This document shows, in pieces, positions 24,801 to 39,800 of a stretch of 64,000 nt of DNA; the first letter of the stretch is position 1, and every line of letters starts with the position of its first letter. A program made the position numbers and the translations under genes. The stretch is from assembly GCF_021869535.1 (NCBI RefSeq), contig NW_026262672.1, forward strand, positions 1,116,001 through 1,180,000, read 5' to 3'. Under the pieces are notes generated by a model. The model was given only the letters and a program-made list of their open reading frames with translations. It was not told where the DNA came from and made no database searches. This DNA comes from Mytilus californianus. Lineage: Eukaryota.

Positions 24801-27800
24801 TCCTCTATAATAATATGCACACTCAGTTCCATAGCGACGACCTAACATGTTGTCATTATCTTAAAATATACAAATAAATGCACAATAAAAATAACGCCTC
24901 TTTCCTAAGTAATCACATGTTTATCTGTACAATTTAGTGACGCACCACGTGACATTTAACATTCAACATTGATTTGTCTCTTAGAAAAACAGAAATGAAA
25001 TCGTTATTATAATTTAAAAAAAATAGTTCTTTAAATAAACAAATTGAGCGAAAAATTATTGAACAAGTGACCAAACTTCTGCATACTAATATAATGATAA
25101 GTCATAAAACATATAGCTTTAAAGTTCATTTGTAGGGGTTTTGTGATTTATCTCCTTCGTATTTTTTTAAACCAAAATAGATTTGCAATATTAATAGAAA
25201 TTTTACTATATTGTTTAATGTTAACAGGAGAGAGATATCCTTTTAATATAAATAAAGAAAAACCATCTCTATCGGGAATTTCTTTGAAGTAAAACTATAT
25301 TGTCTACTGTTTGCCTTAAAATAAACTATTTCATTAAACTGCATCAAGTTATCTCTTAAACGTTCGTAACAGATTTTCGATTACCAAATATTTTTGGCTC
25401 AAACCTCACCAAAGGGACATTATTTTTCAAAATGCACATCTGGTGCAAGATTTGTACCGTTAAAGATATTACAGATGATCAATAGATTTGGGGTTATTTC
25501 ATATCATTTATTTCCAAAGTTTTCACGCACCGTCTTGATAGAGATGCATGTATGTCTTTTCCAGGAATCGGAATCTGAAGATGAGGGTCGTCGAAAAACA
25601 AAGAACTTGGTAAGTACATCCCACCCTAAATATCTTTGAAATATCAAAACTTTAAATAAAACAATAGTTATTTAGTCAATTTAAATACAAATGATGTTCA
25701 GGCACTTTTTTCCCAACCTGGGTAATACTAAATACTTTAAAACATTTCAACCATTCCTGGCCATCATTTATTCTATCGTCTGACGGATTGACTTTCAGCA
25801 ATGAAAGAACCATTCCTGGTATTCATTTTTTTCTATCGTCTAACGGAAAGACTTTACCACTTATTTCTATCTAGCGTCTGACGGATTGACTATTCTAATC
25901 GGTTATCAGGCCATTAGTTTTCTCGTTTGATTTGTTTTATATTTGTCATTTCAGTGCTTTTTATAGCTTACAAGGCTGTATGGGTCTTGCTCATTGTTGA
26001 AGGCCTTACGATGATCTATAATTGTTAGCTTCTTTGTTTTTTAATCCCTGGTGGAGAGTAGTCTCTTTTGCAATCATACCACATCTCTTTAATTTTTATT
26101 TAGTACAGGACTGACTACAAATGGACGACTGAACTCATAGATGAACCACATTACCAAACTATTCATTCATGTATAGACCTGAGCATTGTATTGTTATGTT
26201 TCTTTGGCTGCGTCAGTCCATGAGCTAATAATATTAACATAGTAGAATAACGTGTTGTTAAATGGTATTTGTTAAATCATTTTTGCTGCCTGAATTAAAG
26301 ATATGACGGAATGAAACAATTCAAAAAAAAAATATGGTTCATTAATACAAAAGGTATAAACAAAATAGAAGATTGCATACAGCTACACACGTCAACCATA
26401 AAATAACAATATCTTAAGACAGACACATAAATAGGACGTTAACCGCAAAATAACAGTATCATGGGACAGAAAATAAATAGGACGTCAACCACAGATTAAC
26501 AGTCTCCTAGGTCAGGCACATACATTGTTTAGCCGAGTGTAAATTGTATGTGAGGGCTCCACTCTTACTTACCTGCAAGACCGTTGTAGTTGCACAACAT
26601 AATAACAACCTGTTACAATCAGTTGGATAGGACTTATTTAACTAATCATTAGCACAATCACTAAAAAATAAACCATAAAATTACAATATATAAGAGGACT
26701 TGGTATTTAAAACCTTCAACTTATAAATAAACCAAGTGTACAAAGACATACATTGATTGGTTTTACCAACTTTATATTGAAAAAACTTCTTTTAATTTCT
26801 TGTCATATATGATGTAGAAATTCTCTCAACAAAATATAATCAAGACCAATTTTTTTTCAATAAATTCAATTATTGCTTAACTTTTGGTGTAATTTTATGT
26901 TGAAACTTTGGTGTTACACAAAAGCCATAACAAACGTTATACTAGTATATTGTGACCCTTGTTCGTACTTTTAAGCTTAAATTTAAAATAAGTTGGATTT
27001 ACGATTCAGAGAGAAATTCAGTAAAGGAGAATATTCCTAATTTGGTAACAGATAGAAGTGTGTCCTTAGATGTGCTGTAATAAATAAATGCAACACAACG
27101 TTGCCCATTTGAATTTTCATCATTTGTAGAAAATTTTCATCAACAGAATTCAGTAGATATAGATAAAACCTTGACCTTTTTAATAATATGTTCTCATAAA
27201 CTATGGAGATTGTTGACCCTTCTGAATGTCTCTGATAAAAAAATAAGTATTTATGTTGTTTTAATAGCCTTATGTTGTAATGTTTAAGCTTATATATTTT
27301 AAACAAGAAATTCAAGGTCATACAAGTGTGCTGTCAGAAAAAAAGTATTGAAATTGTTTTAACAGCTTTTTGTAATGTTTAAGTTTATTTATTTTTAACA
27401 GGAAATTCAAGGCCATAAAAGTGTTGGTGGGAGGATGTTACATTGTAAAACCTTCTATGGTTACAAAATTACAGATTTAAAAAGACAGTATATTGAAGGT
27501 ATTGGAAATACTTATATATATTATAAATATATGGTGGGTTTGAATTGCAATTATATACTTGCTCTATTTCTCTGAGCTTTCAACCATTTAGATTGACATC
27601 TTTCTTTGTCCGACTATTCGAAAACACAGTAGATGTTATAAAGTGACATGGCAATGATACATCTCGGCATTTCATCTTTTTTATTGACCTTACATGATAA
27701 AAATGTTTTTCACTTTTACATGAGATTTTTCAATTGAGCTGAGAAGACAATAGCTATACATGGTTATATTACACTACTAGCATATGAAAATAAACAGCAA

Positions 27801-30800
27801 CAATATATTTAGATTGCGCTTGCAAGTTCTTGTCCTTCCGTCAGCGGGATTTTCTGCGACCCAAGACATGATTTCAGCTTCCCAATTGTGAACTTTCCAA
27901 TTTTATGCAGCAACATTCCAGCAGCAACTGCATACGGAGTATATATCTCCCAGTTGATACGATATTCCAGGGTTGTATTTCCTATCATGATTTCCTTGGT
28001 AGAGGGTTGCTGCTCACAAGGAAGCTTTTAAACCAAGACTGCCCTACAGATATGTTCCAATTGTCGTAACTACAATCTCGGCCCCTTTTCCCCGAATATG
28101 ACATACCGAATTAGACGTATCACTTGTTTTGTACTGACATTAGCAACACGAAGGGTGCCACATGTGGAGCAGGATCTGCTTACAATTCCGGATCACATGA
28201 GATCACCCCCAGTTTTTGGTGGGGTTAGTGTTGCTCAGTCTTTAGTTTTCTAAGTTGTGATTTGTGTACTGTTTTTTGTCTGTGTGGCTTTTTCTTTTTT
28301 TTTGCCATGGCGTGTTCGGTTTATTTTCAACTTGTGAGTTTGAATGTTTTTTTGTTATCTTTCGCCTCTCTTTTAAATCGGTATTATATTAAAAAATGGA
28401 ATATAATGTGCTTTGTTAATTGTCCAAGAGATTGGACAAAGTGATTTGATACATTACAAAAGTCTTTGACTTATTTGTACTAAAGGGTTCAAACAGTGTT
28501 TTTCTTTACAAAGTTTTATTTAAAAAGAGTAACTTAACAATGATATATGTTCTAGAGGAACATTTCCAATTGTAAATAAAGCATAATTGATTGGGCAAAT
28601 GTATTGTATTTTTGCATTTTACGAAAATTCATATTGGATTATAAAAAATATGAAAGGATATTTATAATTCAAGATTAGGATGAAAGCCACTGTGGACAGT
28701 TTATATAATTACAATACTGAAGAAACATTTGCAATTTTTAATTATCATCAAAAGTTGAAGTTTCCGTACAAACTTAGTAAATTACAACACTAGGAACAGT
28801 AGACTGCCTGTTATATTTTGACTTACATACTTCTTACATTGGTGGAAAGTCTATGACAAACGAGACGATTTCAATTTCGAAACTATAAATTTCTCCCACC
28901 TTAACAGCAATTTACAAACTTCAACGCATATGGAATATACATTTCCCAACTCATTCGGTATTCAAGAGCTTACAGCTGCTACTCAGTTTATAAAACGTCA
29001 CCAGTGGCTGAGCAGAAAAGTAAGGAATCAGGTTGATGTCAAAGAATGTCGCGTCCTTTTTCAAAAAAAAAATCCATCGGAAGATACCAAGACCTTGTTG
29101 ATAAATATTCCTTTTCACCTTCACAAATAATACATGATGGTCTTGAAGTGTAGATTCTAGTTACTGACGTTGTTTATCATCTCAATTACGTGTAACATTA
29201 TTCTTTTTATGTGTCTTTGTATATTTTAAACCTTTACTGTTTAGTCCATTTTTGGTAATATCCTTTTGGCGTGGCTCGGTATTTATACATCCCTACATTG
29301 TATTATTGTGGTATGGTCATATTTGTATTCTTGTCTTTCATTTTTACTTATTTACTTTGTCTATAGAGTATCTATAGTCCATTTTGTTTTTCTTTGTTGA
29401 CAGAGTTGCTTTTTTTATAGTGATTGCGATTAGACCACAATATTGACTGCTGTACCCCAATTTTTGACATGTATATTTATTTTGTCTGGTTGTTTTGCTC
29501 ACACATTTTGTTGGCAATTCCATTGAGTTATATGCGACTGTCATATAAGTAAGAGGTTTAGCTAGCAATATTACCAGGTTTAATCCACCATTCTACACAA
29601 GGAAATGCCTGTACTAATTCAGGAATATATCAGTTGTTTTCCATTCGTTTGATGTGTTTGAGCTTTTAATTTTGCGATTTGATAAGGGACTTTCCGTTTT
29701 GAAATTTTATTGGAGTTCGGTATTTTTGTTATTTTACTTTTTATGAAAATTCAAGCTATTCATACTAGTTGTAATTTGTTTTTGTTATTTTTTATAATGA
29801 AATATTATAAAGTACATTGAAGACATTTTCTTAACTGTTTGGATTCACTTTACCACCTACAAAGAGTCCTCAAGAATATTTACATAATATACACGTGTTT
29901 TAGTTGATTAATCTTTATATTTCTAGGCGATTGTGGTATGTGTATAGTTGAGTTCGGAGATGGATTCGCACAGAAAAAGGTAGAGGTTTTGTTGTTTCTT
30001 AATAATGTTTACCGAAAACGAATGTTATAAATCCTGCATTTGATTAAAATACAATTTTAAAGTCTGTTGGTAATCTTAAATGATAGTCCTGAGAATAAAA
30101 ATGACAACTGGATGTACCGTATATCGGGTTTTTTTTCGCGTGTGATTAATTTTCGCTTTATTCGCAGCTACTAAAAAACGCGAAAAGTTGACCCCGCGTA
30201 AATTTCACTGCAAATTGAAAGATTTATCGTTGTTCGACAGTTTCATACATTATACTGTAAATTACCGAGTCTTTTGTGTTCTTCGACGGATCTAAAGAAT
30301 GGGCATACTTAATTAAGATCTCTGTTTTCATAATAATTATATCGATTAATCATACATTCCACACCTTTTGACAACGCAGCAATCAGTGACATGTTAAATA
30401 AAATTGAGAATGGAAATGGGGAATGAGAATGGAAATGGAGAATGTTAATCTATTGATTTGTGTCATAATCCGAACATTTTGCATGTAATGTAAAAATAAA
30501 ATGAAAATAATTCACATTTACATGGATTTTTGTATATCTGTAATGATCAAAACCTTCAAGTTTTAGCATGCTCCAATGCACATAAATTACGTTCCATAAA
30601 AGTTCTCTGAATTATGTGTATTTTTGTTTGTATTAGTCATATTTATTTGTATTCGATTTCTTGTCAGTTACACAAGTTTATGTTGTTTACATCTTTATCA
30701 ATACGATATAGTTATTTTTTCGCGTGTATTTCTCATTCAGCAAAAATTATACACAGTGTAAATTTAACCTGCCCATTTTGTCATCAAATCATGAAAAAAA

Positions 30801-33800
30801 GGCCGACGCGGTATATGTAAGACAATATAAATAAAAGTAATATGACACAAAGTACAACCTTACAGAGAAGAAAATGAGGCAAAAATGAGCACCATCCGTT
30901 CCGCGGGTCATGAATTTATAGTTTTAAAATGAAAATGTAACATAGAAAATGAAAGAAAAATTCACAAAATCATCGTTACGTAAAATATGTAATGAAAAAC
31001 ATGAAATAAAAATTGTATTGCTATAAAACCAAAAACTTAGTTCAATATACCATGTTCTTGTAGAGTCTGTCTGGTTAAATTGATTGATTGATTGATGATT
31101 GCTTTACGCCTCATCAGCACAAAACGGCTATATCGCGGCAAGAGCTATTGAAATATTATAATATATATATATATAATTGTTTTTAATCAGACATGAAGTC
31201 CTTCAATTTACTAAAACTTTAGTTTAAAGCGAAAATACTTATTTACAAATAAAAATTCATCAACTAGATAACATGATAAAAACTTAAAATCATTTTAAAC
31301 TAATGCAACAAATTCATATAGCATAAACGATTCGTTGAAATTCTTCACGCACGTTTTAGACCCATACGTTCTTAATGGTAAAACATTGTAGGTTAACAAA
31401 ATACACATCCAGTAATGTCAAAGATACCCGTTCACGTCTACTTAATTTGACATAGTACAAGATCACCTGTATGAATGTGTGAGCTCTATTAACACACACA
31501 GAACTCATTGTTATATCACATTTTGAGAAGGGACTGACACTGATGAAGGCTATTTGTTGGTCCGAAATATCTGTCAATACGATTTCATTCCATCTTTTTT
31601 ATATCTTTATCTTTTATCAATATCGTTGCACAAATCCTAAAACTTATATATATAGGAATACGTGACTTGGCTGCTGGATCCCGTTTGTTGTCACGATAAC
31701 AAATTATGTCTGTTTGGGATGCTAATCCAATTTTGTTGATAAAGTGGAAGGTTTAGCTAGCTACTAAACCAGGTTAAACCCACTATTTTCATCCGAAAAT
31801 GCTTGTTTCAAGGCAGGAATATGACTGTTGTTTTCCTTTCGTTCCGTTGTTTAATATAGTCGAGCGTTTGGTTTTGTCAAGTTATATGGACATTAAGCTT
31901 GGAGTTTGGTATTTTTGATAAAATGTAATCATCAAAGATAGAAAAAAATAGTTCTTAGAAAACAGTCTACAATGCAGATTAAGCATTGATAATTGACTGC
32001 CTAGTAACTAATGTTTTACTTTTTACTACTAGCGCTTTCCAAACAATGTATATCCGATACGATCATATTGCAATATATTCATCGTCATCATAATCTTCAG
32101 CATATGTTTTAATAATCAATTGTCTCTTCCAATTTATTGCATCATAGAACTTTTATCTATAGATTGAGGTGATCTGTTGGGAATCGTTGCGGTTTGGAGA
32201 CAAACGAAAGTTACACAAACCGTTGACGTGTCTCATATTTGCTAATCGAGAAGTAGATGACAGATTGAAACTAATGGAAGAAGTCATATCTTTTGCAAGT
32301 AAGTATATGCAAAGCTTTCTAAATTATTAGAACAAATTACAAATTGAAAAAAAACAATGTCATGTGAATCAAAGGCAATGATTTTAAAATGTTTTGTAGG
32401 GAGTCATCTATTAGTGTTTAAATGTCTCCAACCACACTAAGTGTACAGGTGCACAGGGAACTACATGTTCCTTAGTCATATTGGTAGTCCTTTCCGGTTT
32501 TTTGGAGTTTTTTTGGGGGGTAGGGTTTGGGGGGATGTAGTCACCTTCTTCGCGAATGAAAATAACACTTTTATAAAAGAGTACTTCATTAACTAGTATA
32601 TGTGATATCTTTGATACAAAAACACATGAAGATAACCTATTCAAATCAATACACGTGCATTTCGAGGAAACAAATTAAAAGAATTATTAAAGACAACAGA
32701 TTTCTGTATTTTTTTACATTTTCTCTGATATTGCATCTAAAAATTTGCTTATTAAGTGAAAATTCAATGTAACCACCAAGTACTGTGTCTTGATATATTA
32801 AGTCAGATAAAAATATAACGGTATTTTACAGCTTTTTAGGAATAAAGGTCTAAAAATTCATGAAAAATCCGGAGTTCTTGAAATTATTTTCGATTTCTCT
32901 AATATTAGATACAATTATTTAATATGATGTTAACATTACCACCAAGTACACTGCCTTAAGATAAGATGCTCATATCAAATATATAATGGTATTTTATGAC
33001 ACTGTTAGGCAGGGTTTCACCTGATTCAATTTTCAGTTTGTCCACCTCTTTCGCCAAAATGATATATTTTTCGCCACTTTCATAGACATATTTTATCGTT
33101 TAAATTTTTTTCTTCTTTGTTACACAAAAAATCATTTTACAGCATTGTTGTCTAATCTATTATAATTCTAGCGGAGACATGTAATACAATCTCTGATTCT
33201 ACATATATTTTGTTTAATCTGTCTACGTTGTAACAAATAAACACTCAACAATTACAAATATTTACTTTTTTTAAAGATACTATGAAATTGCAATATAAAT
33301 CATAAAATCATCATTTTTGACTTCTGGGAACACTGGATTCATTTTCAATAAGTCTATCGGATACTTTCCGTCTAGTTGAAGGACGAAGACTAAAGTCAGA
33401 GATTTTTCTTCATAACAACAGATTTCTTTTCCGGACCATCGTTAAAAGAAAAAGTTGAGACGTAAAACTATGCTTCCAACACGTGCGTTGCAAAAAAGAA
33501 TGTGAAGTACCTACTACAAAACAATTACTTCTATCAAAGTTCAAGGAAAAAGACTATAAGGTCAAAGATTTTCTAACTTTTGAACATTTTTCTTCATTTA
33601 AACAGTTTCCTGTTCTGGGCCATCGTTTAAAGAAAAAGTTGAGATGTAAAACTATGATTCAAATAAAACACGTGCATCCCTATAACGATTGCTAAGTACC
33701 CACTTCAAAATAATTATTTCTATCAAAGTTTTAAAACTATCCTTAAGGTGGCTTATAACGCCATTTAACCACACAATTTCATTAAATCCACAATCAACAC

Positions 33801-36800
33801 CTTTTTTTTTTAAATAGTCCATTGTTACCGATAGCTAAAAAGTGCAATCAGCTGATTATTGATTTTCTTTCACAATCGTAACGCGCGACAAGTTCAAGGT
33901 GAAATCCCAGTATCGTCTGATCAGGGAAGAAGTCCGAAAAAACTGAAAACAATCAACAATATAGACGTAGTCAAACGGTTATTATTTATTCGCAAAATCT
34001 TTCGCCAATAATGAATTTTAATCGCAACAGTTTTTATTTTTTCTCAAAGTGCGAAAATAGCAATCGCCAGCAGAAACCCATCTGTGGGATAGAATATCGA
34101 AAAATTCAAAGAAAAAAGAATCAAAATAAAAGATACCGGATTTCCTGGGAAAAAAATATTTTTAAGTTCTCTTATTTTGGATCTTATGATTTTATATTAA
34201 GCACCAATACCTTGCCATCGATTATACATTTTTTTCTTTCGAAGGAATTCGCTTAAAGAAACGCTTGGATAATAGTCACCCGAGAGGCAAGATATTTCAT
34301 CTTTGCTGCTTTAAGTTCGTCATCCTCGGCAACTCTGGTTGAAAGCGGAGAGGAACATTTTTTGGAAAATGTGCATACTATTTGGATATAATCTCCAATA
34401 TACTATCGCTCCCCTTAAGTTTAAGACGGTTCCTAGCACCGATTTGATCAGAATTCATTGCAAGACACAACTACTGTGCATTGGAGAATATAAACATGGA
34501 GAAACATAAACAAATGATCAATTATATATATATCTGGCCAAAAAACCAGACATTTCTGTGTCATTTGGTCTTATATGGAGAGTTGTCTCATTGACAAACA
34601 TACCACATCTTCTTTTTTTGTATATAGTATATACATAAATTTCCAACAATTGCTCTTAGCCTGCAGATCCTATACAAACATTTATTCAACAACGAGGCAC
34701 ACGAGATATATTTTAGAAGTTTGGAAAAAATGACGTATGTACATGTATATTGCGAACTGTATACCAATTCCATCAACAAAATGGCCGATAGCGGGAATAC
34801 TAACGAGCACATATATGAGAGAAGTCATCGTCAGAAAAATTCAAAACGGAAAGTCCTTTATCAAATGGCAAAATTAAAAAGCTCAAACACATCAAACGAA
34901 TGGAAAACAACTGTCATATTCCTGATTTGGTAAAGACATTTCCTTATTTAGAAAATGGTGAAATAAACCTGGTTTTATAATTACCTAAACCTCTCACTTG
35001 TATGACAGTCGCATAGATTTCTATTATGTTGACAGCAATGTGTGAGGAAAACAAACAAACATAATAGGTAAAAATGTTAAAAAACATAGAAGCATACACC
35101 TCAAGCACGGAGAAACATATTGAAAAGAGAGTATATGAAGTATCAATTCATGACAAAACTTGAGACGTCCCTTAGCAACGGTTTGAGAGGGGAATAAGAG
35201 TAGGAATATTTGTAGTGTTTTAGATATTACGTCGATGTAGTCGCTGCTTAGGTGCTGACATGATTCATAACACACTTTTGTTTTTAAATTATCAATTGAA
35301 AAATTATTAACAAAGTAAGGTTCTTAACCCCCAGTCGAGGTTGACCTTAGATTTCTTTGTTTTGAATTGCATCGGTTCGTCAGCTAGTTGATCACGTGTT
35401 CTGGTAGTTAAACATTTTTGGGGTATGTGCGATCCTGATTAACGCCAATTAGGAGAAGCGCTTTGGTCGCCACAAATGTATAAATTGTTTTCTTTTCACG
35501 TTCTTTCAGGACAGACCAAATTGCCTTGTCATTTTGTAGGAACAAGAGTTTTACTGATCTGTGATTCTACCGATATTGCTTTCATCCACTACAAGACAGA
35601 TAAAGCAATAATTATGGTACGTTGAGGTACTTATGTTCAATAAAAAAAATGTGCAATCGTTGAATATGTATTTTGTATGATTATTATTTTAATTCATTAT
35701 ACATTGTTAATCATAAATGTATGTAACCACATAAGAGTTTGTAAATGTTGGGTCTCAATCTCGTTGAATGATACCAATGATTTCAATATTTTCTTAGGAA
35801 CTTGTAAAACAAGGATTTCGTAGATTCGAAAGAGTGGACATCAATGGATCATGGAAACCAGGAAACGAAATGGATTACTTTAATGAAATTGCAGAATGTA
35901 TGTTATCTAACAAATAACTACCCTTTTTTCTAAATATGACTTAAATATTAACAGTTGTATGACATGTTTATTTATCAAAACATTAATGTTTTTTCAGTAA
36001 AAGGGGCGTGGCTAAATCTAAATAAACATTTTTGGGGGTTTGGTAGGCGAAGTCGTATTGCGTACTAAATTATAAGCCTGATATCCTTAATGAGTGATAC
36101 ATTGATTACTATTTAATAAAGAATGTTTAAAAGATAGATATTGCGTATACCTCCAAGATATAGTTATGATATATTGAATGCTTAGTGTAAATAAAATTAC
36201 AACCGCAGTGACATCAAATAAATTAGTCAACGTATACGTGATACTTAAAAACGCAACTAATAAAATTCAACCATTGTTAGGAAAAAGTTGAATAACAAAA
36301 CATACCGAACTCCAAAGAAATTCAAAACAGAAAGTTCTTTATAAAATGACAAAATCAAAAGCTCAAACACATCAAACGAATGGAACACAACTGTCATGTT
36401 CGTGACCTCTCACTTCTATGACATATAAGAGTTCTCTTGAATTTCAGTGAGAGGTTAAATGACTGGGACTTTGTTTTATTTTTTTATTTTTGTTTTTAAG
36501 TTTTGTCTAGTGTGACAGAAGGTAAACGCATTTGAATATTAGACATTAACATGGTATTATGATGCTGTTTAGACTTACAGTAAAGGCACATAATCTACGA
36601 ATAGTCACATACCACGTATGTACGATGCGGTTACTTTGATTTAAGCTTGTATTATTACTATTCTCATTATGAATATATCTATGATAATCTATTTATCTAT
36701 TCTTATGTTTTTTTTTATTATAAAATTGTTTTCAATTCTTTCTTTGGCTGATAAAAGATTTCTTTGGATTGTACGTTGTACCTGTCATTATACCCATTGG

Positions 36801-39800
36801 AAACAATTGGAAGAGCCAAAAGATGCAGATACCTATTATTCGATTAAAGGTAAAATATTGTATTGCTAAGAACAACATTTAAAAATGATCTTAGTTTGCA
36901 TTTCGCAAAGAATGCATAAATACATAAGAAATTTAAATTTCACAAATATATTTGAATGTGTTTAAATTTCACTGAATTGAACAAATCATACAAAAGATAT
37001 TTATTCCGATACGTGAATATACTTAATTTTTATATTCATGTTAAGAAAAGTAATTCTCTCAATATTTTTAACAATAAATTTATGAAATCAAATCATGGAA
37101 TGTAGTACGGCTTTATCAACGAATGTCAAAAAACGAAAAAAACAAAACAAACTATGGAACTCAGAAGAAAGAACAAAACATTGGGTTCTCGTCATGATTA
37201 TGTTTTAGTTTAACTCCTACATTTACCATTTTATGTATACCAGAACGACATGTCCGATGTTAGTGTTTTATGGCCGGAAGACGTTGATCAGAGTTTTACA
37301 GAATACACAACAGATACTGAAAGTGAATGGCGTTTAAAGAAAACAAAATCAGTGACGGATGATTTTCCGTCTGATAATGTTATTTCGGAAAACTGGTGTG
37401 ACTTTGATATTATCGTTTGTCAGATGCTTATTAGAGGTATATTTCCACAATAAGGTATTAATACACAATTTGGATTTGAATGACTCCAGTTTAAGGAATT
37501 AATTTAGGTTTACAGACTTATTTCACATGAAATAAAAAAAAAAGAGGCGTTGGTACACATCAGAAAGTCGAAACAAATAATTTAAAGAGAAACAGACAAC
37601 GCCATGGCAAAAACATGGAAGGCCACGATCGTTGTAACATGTCCGTTTTCATTTGCGACAACTTGTTTCGTCACGGTCAGACATCTTCGTAAAGTGCAAG
37701 TAAAATATTCACAGGGATGACTACCACTTAACACATGGAACCCTTTGTTCAACAGCTTCTCTGTTTGCAGCAACCCGTTTTCAAGAGTGTATTGTCAATT
37801 TCTTGATACAATTCAAACTATGAACAAGTAAAAGTATTCATTTAACCATAAATATACATATCATTAATACCAAATTGTCATTATAGATTAATGGAAGTTA
37901 AAAAAATAAATGCTCATTATAAATTGTACATCTGTTGGCTTATTTTCTGTGTCAAATAGATACGAACTAAGAGATAGGTTCGTCCTGAAATTGATCAAAG
38001 CTACTCATGGCCTGTTTGGAAAAAATGTTTATTTTAGTCTAAAATGTTTGTAAATGAATTGGTATTTGTATTTACTGCCCACCGTATCTTTCAAAGTCTT
38101 TTGGAATATACCTCAAATATAACTTACAAAATTTAAGTGGTCAATAACAATGTATCTCTATGTAGAAATTGTGTTATCTTATATTTCTAGTTTATATGGA
38201 CGAGGATTTAGCAGAGCAAACATTTGTAAGTTGTATTTCTCAGAGAAATAATATAAATATCCTCTAAAAAGGTGGAGGTATGATATAAACCATTATTTAT
38301 TAGTTGCAAAAATAGTTATATTAGTCACGCATAACAAAATTATGTTTATCATTTTGATTCAGAAACATCTTGATATCAAGTTGTCTCTTTAGTGCAGAAA
38401 GGTTATCTGTGATTTCACTTTCACGACATAAACCTGTTGCCGTTCATATACTGACGTATAATGTTCACACATTTTTGTCAATATAATGGAATTTTATGCG
38501 ACTGTCATACAATTAAGAGGTCTAGCTAGCTATAAAACCAGGTTTAATCCGTCATTTTTTACATAAGGAAATGCCTGTACCAAGTTAGGAATACAACAGT
38601 TGTTTTCCAGTCGTTTGGTGTGCTTGAACTGTTATTTTTGCTATTTGATAAAGGACGTTCCGTTTCAAATTTATCTTTGAGCGGTATTTTTGTTGGTTTT
38701 ACTTTTTCGACGTTTGAACACTAATTTAGACGTATTAGACAAAATAAAAAAATAAAAATATATGCTAATACCGATGTCCGACTTTCGTCTTATGAACATC
38801 TGAGGAATGTTTTTTGGTAGAATTGTAATACAATTTTGATCTGAACAGCTCAATGCGGTATGGGTTTTGCTCATTGTTGAGGAATGTATGGTGACCAATA
38901 GTTTTTAACTTCTACGTCATCTTATCTCTGGTGGAAGGTTGTCTCATTGGCAATCATAGCACATCTTCTTTTTTTTTATAATTGGAAGACCGAACAATAA
39001 ATCGTAAAGACATTTTCATTCTTTAATATTATTTTCAAACTTATCCAACGCAGAAAATTCAGTGATGTTAGACAAATTGCTTGCAGTCAATTAAGATCTG
39101 TTCAGTCCATGTTCAGATTGTTTAGTAGTTGTTCCTTACCTGTACCCATCAACATCATGCTGAATGTCTGAAACGCTACTGAACAATACTTAATTGACTG
39201 CAAACGAATTGTCGATTGAATTTAATGCCACATTTTTCGCGGTGGGACTACTAAACATTATGACTTTATATTTGGCCAGGAGCTTTGCAGTGATGAGTTG
39301 TAACGTATGAGCATTTTGCGGATCTGTCAAACAGTTACTTCATGTTATCCGATACTTTGAATTACGAGTGGGACATGCTCTGCACGACAAAGGGTTCATT
39401 CTTGTATATGTTTTATTTTCTATGTCAGCACTGGTTATTTTTTTTTTCATTTAGTTAGTTGGAAAGAAATCTCACAAAAAATTCGATTTTTAATGATTGT
39501 TATTTTATATTTTACTTATGTTTCAATAACATGGCATGAATTTTATGTTTCAGAAAGAAATACATGCATACAATCATACTGCATTGTTCATGTACCTTTT
39601 GAAGAATGGGGAGTGGAATATTCCAAAAAAGTACATAAAATGGCCAATCGATCTGAAGAGTGCTCTAGAATACATATATGAGGAGGTGAAGGTTCTAATG
39701 TTGTTAACAGTGTACAAAAAGAATGAAATAATTATCAATTAGTTATATGCGTGAATAAAAAAACATCTTCATTAACACCTACATCCGGTGTTCCCCATAT

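Noticed and set aside
26104-27044. Extra candidate TRPM exons at 26104 (YRTDYKWTT...) and 27010/27012 (RNSVKENIPNL)
   Set aside because: Joining 26104 to 27010 creates TAG, 27012 needs a non-preferred AG, and the model is in frame without them. Left out but not excluded.
31080-31140. CTGATGA on the - strand next to a (TTGA)n tract
   Set aside because: No stem II/GAAA or stem III follows; it looks like a SINE tail fragment rather than a hammerhead.
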